This document shows positions 27,126-38,268 of a DNA stretch of 64,000 nt, piece by piece. Where the stretch lies: the NCBI GenBank assembly GCA_043228905.1, contig JBHGNT010000004.1, positions 15,314,001 through 15,378,000 on the forward strand. The letters are read 5' to 3'. A model generated the notes under the pieces. That model was given only the letters and a program-made list of their open reading frames with translations, was not told the DNA's origin and ran no database searches. Positions within the stretch are counted from its first letter, which is position 1; the number at the start of each line of letters is the position of its first letter. Source of the DNA: Azolla caroliniana (Eukaryota > Plantae > Polypodiophyta). A program made the position numbers and the translations under genes.

Positions 27126-29935
27126 GGCCTAATGGGTTGTCTCAATCCCGAGGATTAAAAGTAATCCTCCCCTTCTTTACACTCTCATTTAACCCTCACA
27201 CTTATCCACGTGTATAGAATACTTCGGTAAATTCTCACCACGGGATATTATATGGTCATGCCCGTAACAGGCCGTGTTGTCCCCGTGTAAAGTACCAAGG
27301 AGACGATTTACGCGTAAAGAAAAAGGGAAGAAGAAAATGTCGAAATACGATTTCAGTAGTGCCGAGTCAGACCGGAGCGAGTCCAATTTCGGACCAATCG
27401 AAAAGGAATCTCCATGGAAGAAGTCGAAATCAGCCGAAAAGGCCATGGAATCGGGTAATCACGAATTACATCGATCTACCCACCTGAAGAATCCCGTAAA
27501 GAGGTACGGGTACAATGAATACATGGCGCACCATTACGCGTACATGACATGAGTGGCGGAACTGCGCGAGCCGGAGAGCTACGCAGAAGCGGCGAAAGAT
27601 GCAAATTGGCGTGCCGCGATGGAGGAAGAGATGCGCACATTAACGGACAATGAGACTTGCGACCTGGTTGACGCACCGAAGGGTGTAAAGCCGATCGGAT
27701 GTAGATGGGTGTTTAAGGTGAAATACAACACCGACGGCTCGATCAACCGATATAAGGCCCATTTGGTTGCGAAAGACTACGCACAGAAGCACGGGATAGA
27801 TTACAATGAGACCTTCGCCCCAGTCGCGAAGATGACTATCGTGCGAGTTCTGCTAGCCGTAGCGGCGACGAAGGGGTGGCATCTACATCAGATGGATGTA
27901 AAGAATGCGTTCCTGCAAAAGCCCCGCGAGCTTGGAACACCAAGATTACGCAACGGTTGCGTAGGATGGGGTTTACGACATCAAAGTCGGACTCCTCATT
28001 GTTCGTTCGGCAAGGTCGACATGGACTAGTTTGTCGTTTACTTTATGTTGATGATTTAGTCATCACTGGTGCCGACCTGGAAGAAATCGGCCGCATAAAG
28101 TCTCAGCTTGCGGCATCGTTCGAAATGAAGGATCTTGGCGACCTTCATTACTTCCTCGAGATCGAAGTGATCCGTTCCCCCGAAGGCATATTGATCAGTC
28201 AACATCATTACGCGTTGAATATGCTCTTCAAGTTCGGGATGGTAGATTGTAAGCCCATCTCGACCCCTTTGGACAGAAACGTAAAGCTTCGCCGAGATTC
28301 GGGAAAGGCATGGGACCCGACACGGTTTCGATAGATTGTCGGAAGCCTAATCTACTTGACGATCACACGGCCAGATCTCAATTACCCGCTTGGCTTGATC
28401 AGTCAATTTATATCGTAGCCCACACCCAAACACTTTCAGTGCGCGCAACGGATATTGTGATATGTCAGCGGCACGAAAGACATGGTGTTGTTGTATCGTG
28501 CAGACGTAGCCAAGCAGTTAGTCGGCTACACGGATGTCGATTGTGCCAGAAATGCCCATGATCGTAGATCCACATCCGGATACGCATTCTCATTGGGAAG
28601 TGTGGCGATCGCGTGGAGGAGTAAGAAGCAACCGACAATAGCACTGTCGAGCACTGAGGCTGGATATCGAGGGGCGGTTGTCGCTACGTGCGAAGTCATT
28701 TGGTTGAAACGGCTAATACGGGATCTACACGTAGAGGTGTCCGATCCAACGATGATCTACTGTGACAATCTCAACAACATCCACCTTGCGAAGAACCCTG
28801 TATTCCACGCCCAGACCAAGCACATTGAGGTGCACTACCACTTTGTCCGCGAGCATGTCCTTTCTGGTGGCATATGTTCCGACGGGTCGACAGGTTGCCG
28901 ACATTTTCACCAAGCCCCTTGGTCTCGACAAGTTACGACATTTCTCGGGTGAGCTAGGTTTGCGTCACCTCGACACGCCGAACTTGAAGGGGAGTCAGGA
29001 ACAGGAGCGTGAAAGGAGTGGTAGTAACCGCGATGCCGAATCAGATGAAGAATTCGATTTCAGGCCGGCTGAAGAAGTCGAAGAAAAAAACAGGGGCCGT
29101 AACCGCAAGGAAGAGCTGAAGACAGCCGAACAAAGGGGAAACAAAGCCAAGAAATGCGTAAAGGCCAAGACTAAGACATGGTCGGACGTAGTTAAGGGCC
29201 TGAAGACAGAAGACGAATTGGAGACAACCAATTCGAGTGAAAGCGGGAATGAATCGGAAATGTTCGATTCGGATACGCCGAATCAACTAAGGGCCAAGTG
29301 GAGGAAAGAGCAGCAAAATAGGCGCCAACACCGCGACAACAAGGGAGCTGAGAAAGGCCACATGAGCAGACAAGCTGACCGAAAGGGTTGAAGCGCGCGG
29401 AATCGGACGGGTCGAGGAGCGTGAGCGAGGCGTGAAGCCAAGAGAAGCCGGAGCGAAGGGGGAGCGAAGATCCAGAAAAGCATATGGAACCTCAAGTTTA
29501 GCTTGAGGGGGAGTGTTGAGAGACAAGCTCAACATTGGGTGCGTAACCCAGTACGTAGACTAGATGCGCCAAACCGTATGCAAAAATATGGTCGTGGCGG
29601 TGTTTAAACCGGAAGGCCGTTAGAACGTTATTCCTCATAAGGAATAGTTTTGGGAGTTAGTGTAGAAGGCTCATTTATGAGCAGTCAAGTACTGTCAGTA
29701 CTTGTGTCAGCCCGATAGTCAGGGCTTGTATAAAAGGTGTTCATTGAGCACCAAGTATGTACAAAGAACATACAAAGAATTATTTTATAATATAGTTTTG
29801 TATTTTTTGCTCTGCCTCTATCTCTGTCTCTCCCTCTCCTTCTCTGTGATTTCTGTGTTTTACGGAATTGTCGTACTTCCGAACCGTGTACTCTGTGCTT
29901 TTACGCATACGCTTCCGCGCACGTATTCTTTTACA

Positions 29936-30680
29936 ATGGATCACCCCACTAGAGCCGCTCCCATCTAAAATGTTGTACTATAAGGAACACTTCATGCACT
30001 TCTCTAAGTTAGGTTTTATTACACAACCAAAAAAACTAGATGCATTCTTACCAAATGTAGTAAGGGTTGCCATTGGCCAACTTAGAATATCATCTCACCA
30101 ACTTGAGATTGAGAATGGTCTTACTAGTGGAGTCCCTAGAGAGGAAAGGATATGTAGATTATGTCACATAGAGATAGAGGATGAGTACCACTTTACATAC
30201 AAGTGTCCAACTTACGCCGAGATATGGGCAAAATACCAAGAGATATTCGGTCCCTCTCCCACCCTCCCCAAGCTATTAGATACTCTAGATATAAAGAAAT
30301 TAGGTAGATATATCTTAGAGCTAAATCAACATAGAGAGAATAAACTACAAAATGTTGACGATAACGTTTCTAAAATTCACCAACATGTAACAAATGAAGT
30401 TTTTCAAGGACAAAGGGAGACTATGAATGCGGACACACCTGCACCACTCGGCCTCTTCGTTGATGAAGCTGAAAACCAAAGAAGAACCAAACGCCCTCGG
30501 ATGCTAGGTTTCAAAGCAACTAGACATGGTGTAGAAGCAATTAAGAAAATAAGGGAACATGCGCTACACTGCCTAGAAGCCATGGTTGGGGTACCTTCTC
30601 TACCGGAACCACGGGTCACACCCACACCGAAACCCTTTGACCTCCCACTTCTTTTTGAGAGGCTTGGATGGAAATGAAAC
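29936..30680 (+). mobile_element. Non-LTR retrotransposon (RTE-X-like LINE), 3' fragment
   Basis: AIGQLRISSHQLEIENG...REERICRLCHIEIEDEYHFTYKCPTY is a typical LINE ORF2 C-terminal Cys/His region. It starts at the Copia A LTR edge. Confidence 0.7.
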
Positions 30681-30874
30681 GAGGCCTAATAGAAAGTCAT
30701 TTCCTTTATCAAATAGGTTACATCATAACACGTTTTGTACAATACTATAACTCTTTTAACTGAAGTTCTATTTTTATTTTTATTTTTGATGATTAGGTAA
30801 ATACCATGTTTTGTTGTACACCAATTGTTTCATGGGCCAATTTTGGCCTTAGAAGACGTTGATATATCTTTCTT

Positions 30875-30920
<46 letters not shown>

Positions 30921-31323
30921 CTTCTTAAGAAAATCAAATCGAAGGAAGGCATCATGAGCTCTCTCTCTTTTTATTGTAAGTACCTTACCCTAGTGGTAAG
31001 TTGTTGCACTACAATTACTTCACCTCTCTATTACATACCTCATACATATCCGTTTTTAATTCACTAGATGCCCATGACCTCCTGGTCTCCATCGGCAACC
31101 TTACAAACTGAGCACGCGCGCGGACACACACACACACACACACTCCTCTCCATTTATGAATTCCTTCGTCAGATCTGCCATGGCTTCTTCATACATATCC
31201 GTTTTTAATTCACTAGATCCGAAGGACCACTATGGAATGTAGGGGTTGAAGTTTGAACCCATGCCCTCCTCGTCTCCGTTGGGCAACCTTACCAACTGAG
31301 CACTACATCCATCTATCTATTAT

Positions 31324-31365
<42 letters not shown>

Positions 31366-31398
31366 CGAACGAATTTCTTGTTCGTCAGATCCGCCGCC

Positions 31399-31879
31399 AT
31401 GGCTTCTTCTTCTTCTTCTTCTTCTTCCATCTCTTCCGTCCGCTCGTCCTCCTCTGCTATCCAAAATGCTGCTTCCTACAACAACTACAACAACAAGAAG
31501 AAGAAGAAGAACACATTTCTCCTCTCTCCTCATCCTTCTCTGCGGATCACTTCCACGAACACGCATCCTTTCATTTCCTCAGGAAGTCTCTCCCTATCAA
31601 AACACAGGTATTTCTTTTTCTTTCAGAACCACTCTTTCTTACATGATGACACTGATTTGAAAATCTTCTTGTGATTCATGAAAAGGGACTCATCGTCATC
31701 ATTATCGTTCCAGCTTTTAAGTCGTTCTTTTCTCTGTTCCCTCCGCTCCCTTGTTTTGACAAATGTTCACGGTTTTCAATTCATGGACATCTGCATCATC
31801 ATCGATTAATCATCCGCTCTTTATTTTTCTCTCTGTCGATGAAATGATGTTTTATTCTTTCTGGCACCCTCAGTCTCTC

Positions 31880-31920
<41 letters not shown>

Positions 31921-34900
31921 ATGAAATGATGATGATGATGATCTCTGCAGTTTCTCTTTTGGATTGGAAAGATTTTCTTCCATTGTTATTATTATTCTCC
32001 ATTTTTGACATTGTGTACCGATCTTTCCTCTTTACAGTGCTGATGCGCAGTTGTGAAATGAAGCCACATGATCAGATGGACAGTCTTCTAGTTGTTTCAG
32101 TTGTTTTTTTCCATGAATCTGTTCTTGATTTTATGCAAAAGAATGGATGGAATCTATGGAAAGATTATCACAATCCTTAGAAAAGAGTTCTTTGGGGAAG
32201 CACTATAGGTAGACATGGACACCACGTTTCTTCTGAAAACAAATGAATGCATGAGGATTTATGTGAAGCTAAGAATTACTATATCAATCACTAGCCTAAT
32301 CTTTGTGTATATATAAAGATAGATGGCATTGTATGCATGTTATATGCAACTTGTAGAATATGGACACACTATCTTTTACATATACGCATAGCTATTGTAA
32401 TATAAAATATCTCGCAGATAATATATGTGCATATGTTCCTGCGACACAGGATACAATATAAGTATATTGGCATTTTAAATATAAACATAATAATTACATA
32501 GCTATTGACATCGGGGGACACGATGTAGAGGTAAATACTCCCATAATTAACACTTAATATACATGGATAATAAGCTATATGTATGAATATCCTCGTACAA
32601 TTAAATGTCCTTTAGGATAGGGTATATATCAACATGTACACTACATTTATTCAGTGTATAATATGGTATATGGCGCACCTACACTTATATACAAATATAA
32701 TGTCGATATATAATTGTCTAATTAGTAAATACATATCCGTAATAGCTTCAGCAAACTGTTAGTGCATCATTTGTTACTTATAGAGGCCACATATATTAAG
32801 TATTTAATTATTTTATCTAGAGAATATATGTGCATGCATGTATGTATAGATCGAGTGCACCTAAAGTGTCTATGCACATATACATATTATATAGGCAATA
32901 AATATGAAGAATGCATGCTCATGTTCTGATTGCCTATTCATGCATTGTTTCCTGCTAGAAGTTTTGATGGCTAATGAGAGCTTAGAATTGACATTCAAGT
33001 TGTGTTTGTTTTTGCACTCTTAACTCTTCCTCTTTTGAATCCAAGCTGACGTTTTTTCTTCCATTCTTTCAAAAAGAATTGATATCTTTATAGTATTCAT
33101 GGCCTCATTATCTTCGAACCTCTCTGACGCCTAGTTTTATAGTGTTTTGTAACGACTCATCATTGTATTGTCTTGTAGTTTTGCATAACGTACATGCTTG
33201 TAAATTTCAGTGTTAACTAAAGTAGATTTTATCATAGGAAAGGGTATTTTGTTGGTACAAAGCTGAATCATTTATGAAAAATGTTGAGCCCCTAGATTTC
33301 ATGTTGAGCGTGGATGAAGATGGAACATTTCATGTGTACGATGGAACTTGGAAATATTTTGTGTGTAGCTTTTAATATACACAGCGAAACTTGGGAGAAT
33401 TTCAACATCGTCATTTTGCATATAGTTGTGATAATAGTAAGAATGGTTTTGTAACAAACCGGAATAGCAGGTAGTTGATATGATTAAGCTAGACTGCACG
33501 TGGCTTAGACTGTGGGGTTTAAAAGGCATGATATATTTTTCTAGATTCGGATTCAAATTGTAATAAGAGAAAAACAAGTGAAGTATAACGTAAATAAATT
33601 GTGAGCTTCGTCATGATAATTGCTGGAATCACTTTGGAAAAAGAATAATTTGCTGTAAATCAAAACATAGGATTGCCTTTCACAGAGACATTATAGGAAT
33701 TTTTTTGAGATAATTATTTCTCATAGTAGCTTGGTGAGATATAGAACCCTTTTAAGGTATCCTTCAAGGTGTAGAGGTTGAACCCATTCAATCGATTTAG
33801 AGATCATTTAACGTGCACGAATTTGCTATGGATGCTGCTTGCTTGTTTAAGCTATAATCTTGAATTGTTGGCTTGTTCATTTGTAATAGAGTATACCAGG
33901 CTTTAAGCGATGCAGCAAGTATTGTCCAGCCCAACTTAAAGGTAAGTAAACTTAGGGTGCTTTTAACAATGAGGAGTAATTATAAGGGAAACCCCTGAAT
34001 TTTTCTTTATTTCCTTAAATTCCCCTGAGTTCTCCTCATCGCCACAAATGCCTTTGTCGATCCCCAAATAAAGAAACACTGGGGGGATATTCCAGATTTG
34101 TTTTATCCATATAGTTTTCGTCTTTTTCTGAACCGTCAAATATGAACATTACATTTTCTTGCAGGAAGTGGTAGTTAATGATGATATTCTTCTTCCAACT
34201 CCAATAGTGATTATAGATCAAGAATCTGACCCTGATGCAACAGTGGTGGACCTCAGCTTTGGTGATCGGCTTGGTGCACTTCTTGACACTGTAAGGGTTT
34301 TTGAATTTTTCCTTCCTATAATGATTGTGCTATCTGAATTTTGAGTATTAGATGAGGAATGTGCATGCTAGATTATTTTTACAGTACTGTTTGCACTGTC
34401 TCTATTCTATTTCTTTGAGAAGCTAGTTAAAAAGTCTTTAAACAAATATAGTTGTCGATTTGTTTTGTCAAAAATAAATAAATCTACGCCTTTGTCAAAA
34501 TAGTTTTGAGATTATTTTTTATTATAAAAAAGTTATAGGTTATTTTCCCTGGCTGTAATATTTCTGAAGCAACTGTTTTCATTTACAGATGCAAGATCTG
34601 AAGCAATTGGGACTGAATGTTGTCAAGAGTACACTTTCTGTTGAGGGGCCAACAGGTCGGAAACGTTTTTCCATTACTGAAGGGTAGGGGTGATTCTTAC
34701 ATTCATGATATTTCAAATTTGTAGAATTTTAGGGAAAAACTTGGGAATGCCCCAGAATTGTCATTATTTCATCATACGCCCCTAGTCAACCTTAGAAAAA
34801 TAAAAAAGATGAATGAATTGGATGTTAATTGAGCAAACGGTGTTGAATTGATCATATAATGAATTGTGTGAATACCACCTCTAGCCAAGGCATTTGAGAA

Positions 34901-36073
34901 ACCGATGAAAACGAGGGGCATTTGAGATGTAAAGAAAAACACGGGTGCTTTAAAGTCTTTTGCTATTTTCCTTCGATATTTTACCACGAATTCTGGCTTA
35001 ACATATTCTGTTTGTATCCAGAGAAAGCGGTCGAAAAATTGAGGATCCTGAGATGTTGGAGGCTATAAGGCTTACAATTATAAATAATATGCTACAATAT
35101 CACCCTGTATGTGATTTGTATCCACTATTTATGTCTTTTGTTACCTTTTAAATGTAAAATGAATTTAATTTTTTATATCTCTATTGTGGTTCTCTTTTCA
35201 TTCATGTCTTTTGTTACCCTTTAAATGTAAATTCAATTTCATTTTTTATATCTCTATAGTGGTTCTCTTTTCTAAGGTGTGAGTTATGTTTTGGGTTGTT
35301 TTATGCACATAGGAATCAAGTGCATTACTTGCAATGGGCAGTGTATTCGGTGTGACACTTCCTTCTCAGGCATGTGTACATGTTCTCAACATCATCTTTC
35401 ACTGAACCTGTGAACAACAAATAAGAATAAAATGAAATAAGCATCCTACTGTAATTAAACACTTTCTTGCTTTTTTATATTTACTAAGAGATAATTTATT
35501 CCTTTATTTTAGCTGGATGTGGACATCACAACTCAAGTTCATATTACTCCGGAGGGGCCACATAGAAGGTGAGATGATAAATGAATGGCGTAATTCATTG
35601 TTATGAAAAAAAACTTCTATTCATTTCCTGAATTAACCATAGATAATTTGTTTTTCTCAATAGTCTGTTGTATATTCAAACTGCTGATCGGCCTGGTTTG
35701 CTGAGGGAAATAGTAAAATTCCTGAAAGATACCAATCTGTCCTATGAGTCTGGGGAGTTTGATACAGAAGTAAGATAGTATATACTAGAAACAAGAGCAA
35801 GATTAATTTTATTTGGAGATTAATTTTCTTACATCTAATTTAATTCTTTACTCTTTTGTAAGGGTTTGGTAGCAAAGCTCAAGTTCCATGTGAAGTATAG
35901 GGGTGAGGCACTAAGCAAGTCTATGAAACAGGTACCTTTCTAAGATTAGATTTGTTTTCTCATTTTCTTGTAGTGTTTTTATGCTACTATTAATGTTTTT
36001 TCTGGTACAGGTAATAATTAACTCTTTCCAGTATTTCCTAAGAAGGCCAGACACTAACGAAGACAGCTACTAA
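31399..36073 (+). CDS. ACR12: ACT-domain repeat protein, plastid ACR11/ACR12 type; 10 exons
   Basis: Exons 31399-31607, 33890-33941, 34165-34290, 34589-34683, 35022-35106, 35313-35369, 35513-35568, 35664-35769, 35863-35931 and 36011-36073 splice in phase. Ser-rich transit-like N-terminus; [67 protein letters not shown]11 versus ACR12 orthology is uncertain. Confidence 0.9.
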
Positions 36074-37180
36074 CTGTTTGTACTATAATGAAGTATAACA
36101 TCGGGAATGAGATATGTGGACAGTGGAGTAATTGGGGAATTTAACATCTTTATTCCATTCAACTTGGTGCATTTATAAAATGAAGAACTCAATGCTTGTA
36201 GTGTTATTATTGCATACTTGCATCTCCTGAAGTATAAAGCATGTGAAGTCAGGGAAGATATGCAATCTTTTATGGATAGTATGTCGTAGTTTCTTGTTTT
36301 GATATTGTTTTCTGTTTCTGATCTTGAAAGGAGGATGCCTCCTGGAGTTAACCTCCTTTCTAACTAGGAACAGTATTTATAGATTGTTGAAATGCTGTAT
36401 TGGCAGTTTTTCTCATTGTTGAATGAGGAGATTTTAGTGAAGATTAAGGAACACATGGTTTAACATAGAGAAGGTAGTTTATGACTTATGACAAGTATGC
36501 GTTGGCATTGTTGGATTATTGGATTAGCAACTTATTAGACTGCTATATTCCAAGGTCCCCTCACAAAGCAAAATAATTTACTGCATATCAAAATTAGAGT
36601 GTGAGGAGGCTATATGTAGGAATGATTCATTTCTACAATCTTTTAGAAGAGAACCCTATAATAGAAGAGTGATGAACTAGCTTCCAATCCAAAAGCTAGT
36701 TCGTCTCAAATATCCTTAAGAACAATACATCCTTGCTAATACATCTATTTCTCCACACTGCTTGCTAATTCCGACTTATGGTGCTTTTATTTGAATGCTT
36801 AGTGTTACATTAGTGTTACATTATATTACTGATTACAGGGACTGTTGATAGTCACGTTATATTACTGAAAACATTGGTGACAGTACCTTATTCACAATGT
36901 GGGTATTTATGTACTTTTTGATACAGTATTGCAGTAGTGAAATATTGTCAAGATACCTTATTTACCATGTGATTTACTTTCTGATACAGTGATGATCACA
37001 GTAGTAAAATGTAAGTCAAGAATTTGTCATACATGGCTTCTTTCAAGGAAATTCAATACATGTTTTATGAGAGTTGCAACTTATGTTCACAATACTTGCA
37101 GGCTTTACTTCTATAGCTAATTTCCCCATTTAATATGGTACATTTGCCACAATCTGAGAGGGATATATCATTTTAGAACA

Positions 37181-37610
37181 TCTAGGTACTCTAAACTAAG
37201 ATCATGAACGAATACACTAGGAGCTCATATATAAAACCATCATTCATGAAATGTCCCTAATCTCAAAAATGCCATGAATTCAATCAAATTATTAAGAGTT
37301 ATCCTTATCCGTGGCATATGTTGTCATCAATATCATCAAGTTTATCTAGGTACTCTAAACTAAGATCATGAGCGAATATTCAATCAAATTATTAAGAGTT
37401 ATCCTTATCCATGGCATATGTTGTCATCAATATCATCAAGTTTATCTAGGTACTCTAAACTAAGATCATGAGCGAATACACTGGAAGCTCATATATAAAA
37501 CCATCATTCATGAAATGTCCCTAAGACTAATCTCAAAAATACCATGAATTCAATCAAATTAGGAGTTATCCTTATCTGTGGCATAAGTCTTCATCAATAT
37601 CATCAAGTTT
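37181..37610. repeat. ~165-bp tandem repeat (two full copies and one internally deleted copy) between convergent genes
   Basis: TCTAGGTACTCTAAACTAAGATCATGA at 37181, 37345 and 37445. Confidence 0.9.
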
Positions 37611-38268
37611 GAGATATGACCAACTATCAATTGATGTCACTGGAAACAACAAAATAATAACCCAAACAATTACCTTTTACAACCAAATTAGAAAATTTGT
37701 AGTTACTTTCTCTGAAGGGGCAATGCAATGATGCCTCCACTCTGAAGGGGCAACAATAAAATAATCAAATAAGAAACACTTTAATTGGTTTCGGAATTTT
37801 CACTTTACATAGACATAGCTTAAAACACAGGCAATATGTATATATCAAATGAGGAACTAAAATTTTACAATTACTAGAACAGATATACAATGAGGAGCTA
37901 AAATAGTATTGAAGAGCATACTATATTAACTTCATCTTCTTAACTTAATTATAATTATGATAAAAATAGGTGATGAACCCAATCCTTGAACATTTCTCAA
38001 GCACATTCAATATTCAAAAAACATCTACAGGTTGAACATACCTTACATGCATTCAGTCTGGGTTGGTAGCAAAACTGCAATGTAAGTGCAAGTGGCAAAA
38101 CAAAATCGAAGCAAAACATCTCTTCACTACGCTAACTAATTGGCCTGCATTCATCTATCTATAGTCACATACTTGAGAACTGTTTACAAGTCAACAAAAC
38201 TTTTGAGGGCAGTCTACACATAAAACATTGAGCCAATCTGCACATATGCACTATTTTATAAGGGGCAT

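Larger units (their letters stand above)
12263..27269 (-). mobile_element. Full-length chromoviral Ty3/Gypsy ('outer'), degenerate, with two nested insertions
   Basis: LTRs at 12263-12719 and 26693-27269; TSD AGCCG/GGCCG; Met-i PBS at 26677-26690; PPT at ~12721-12731. gag-PR 23505-24997, RT/RH 20956-22692, integrase-chromodomain 12735-13916. Confidence 0.95.
10468..29935 (+). mobile_element. Ty1/Copia element A (degenerate), split by the Gypsy insertion at 12263-27269; 3' LTR 29514-29935
   Basis: Protease YVDSGVSNHMT and integrase at 11110-12262. The frame resumes at 27275 (GDSA|VLSP). RT LLYVDD at ~28040, RNase H to ~28980, PPT at 29505-29513, LTR TGTTGAG...TTTTACA. Confidence 0.9.

Noticed and set aside
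28980-29391. env-like ORF in Copia A
   Set aside because: In frame with pol and highly charged, with no hydrophobic transmembrane segment.
29868-30677. 269-aa ORF as a host zinc-finger gene
   Set aside because: It starts inside the Copia LTR and continues in LINE ORF2 sequence.
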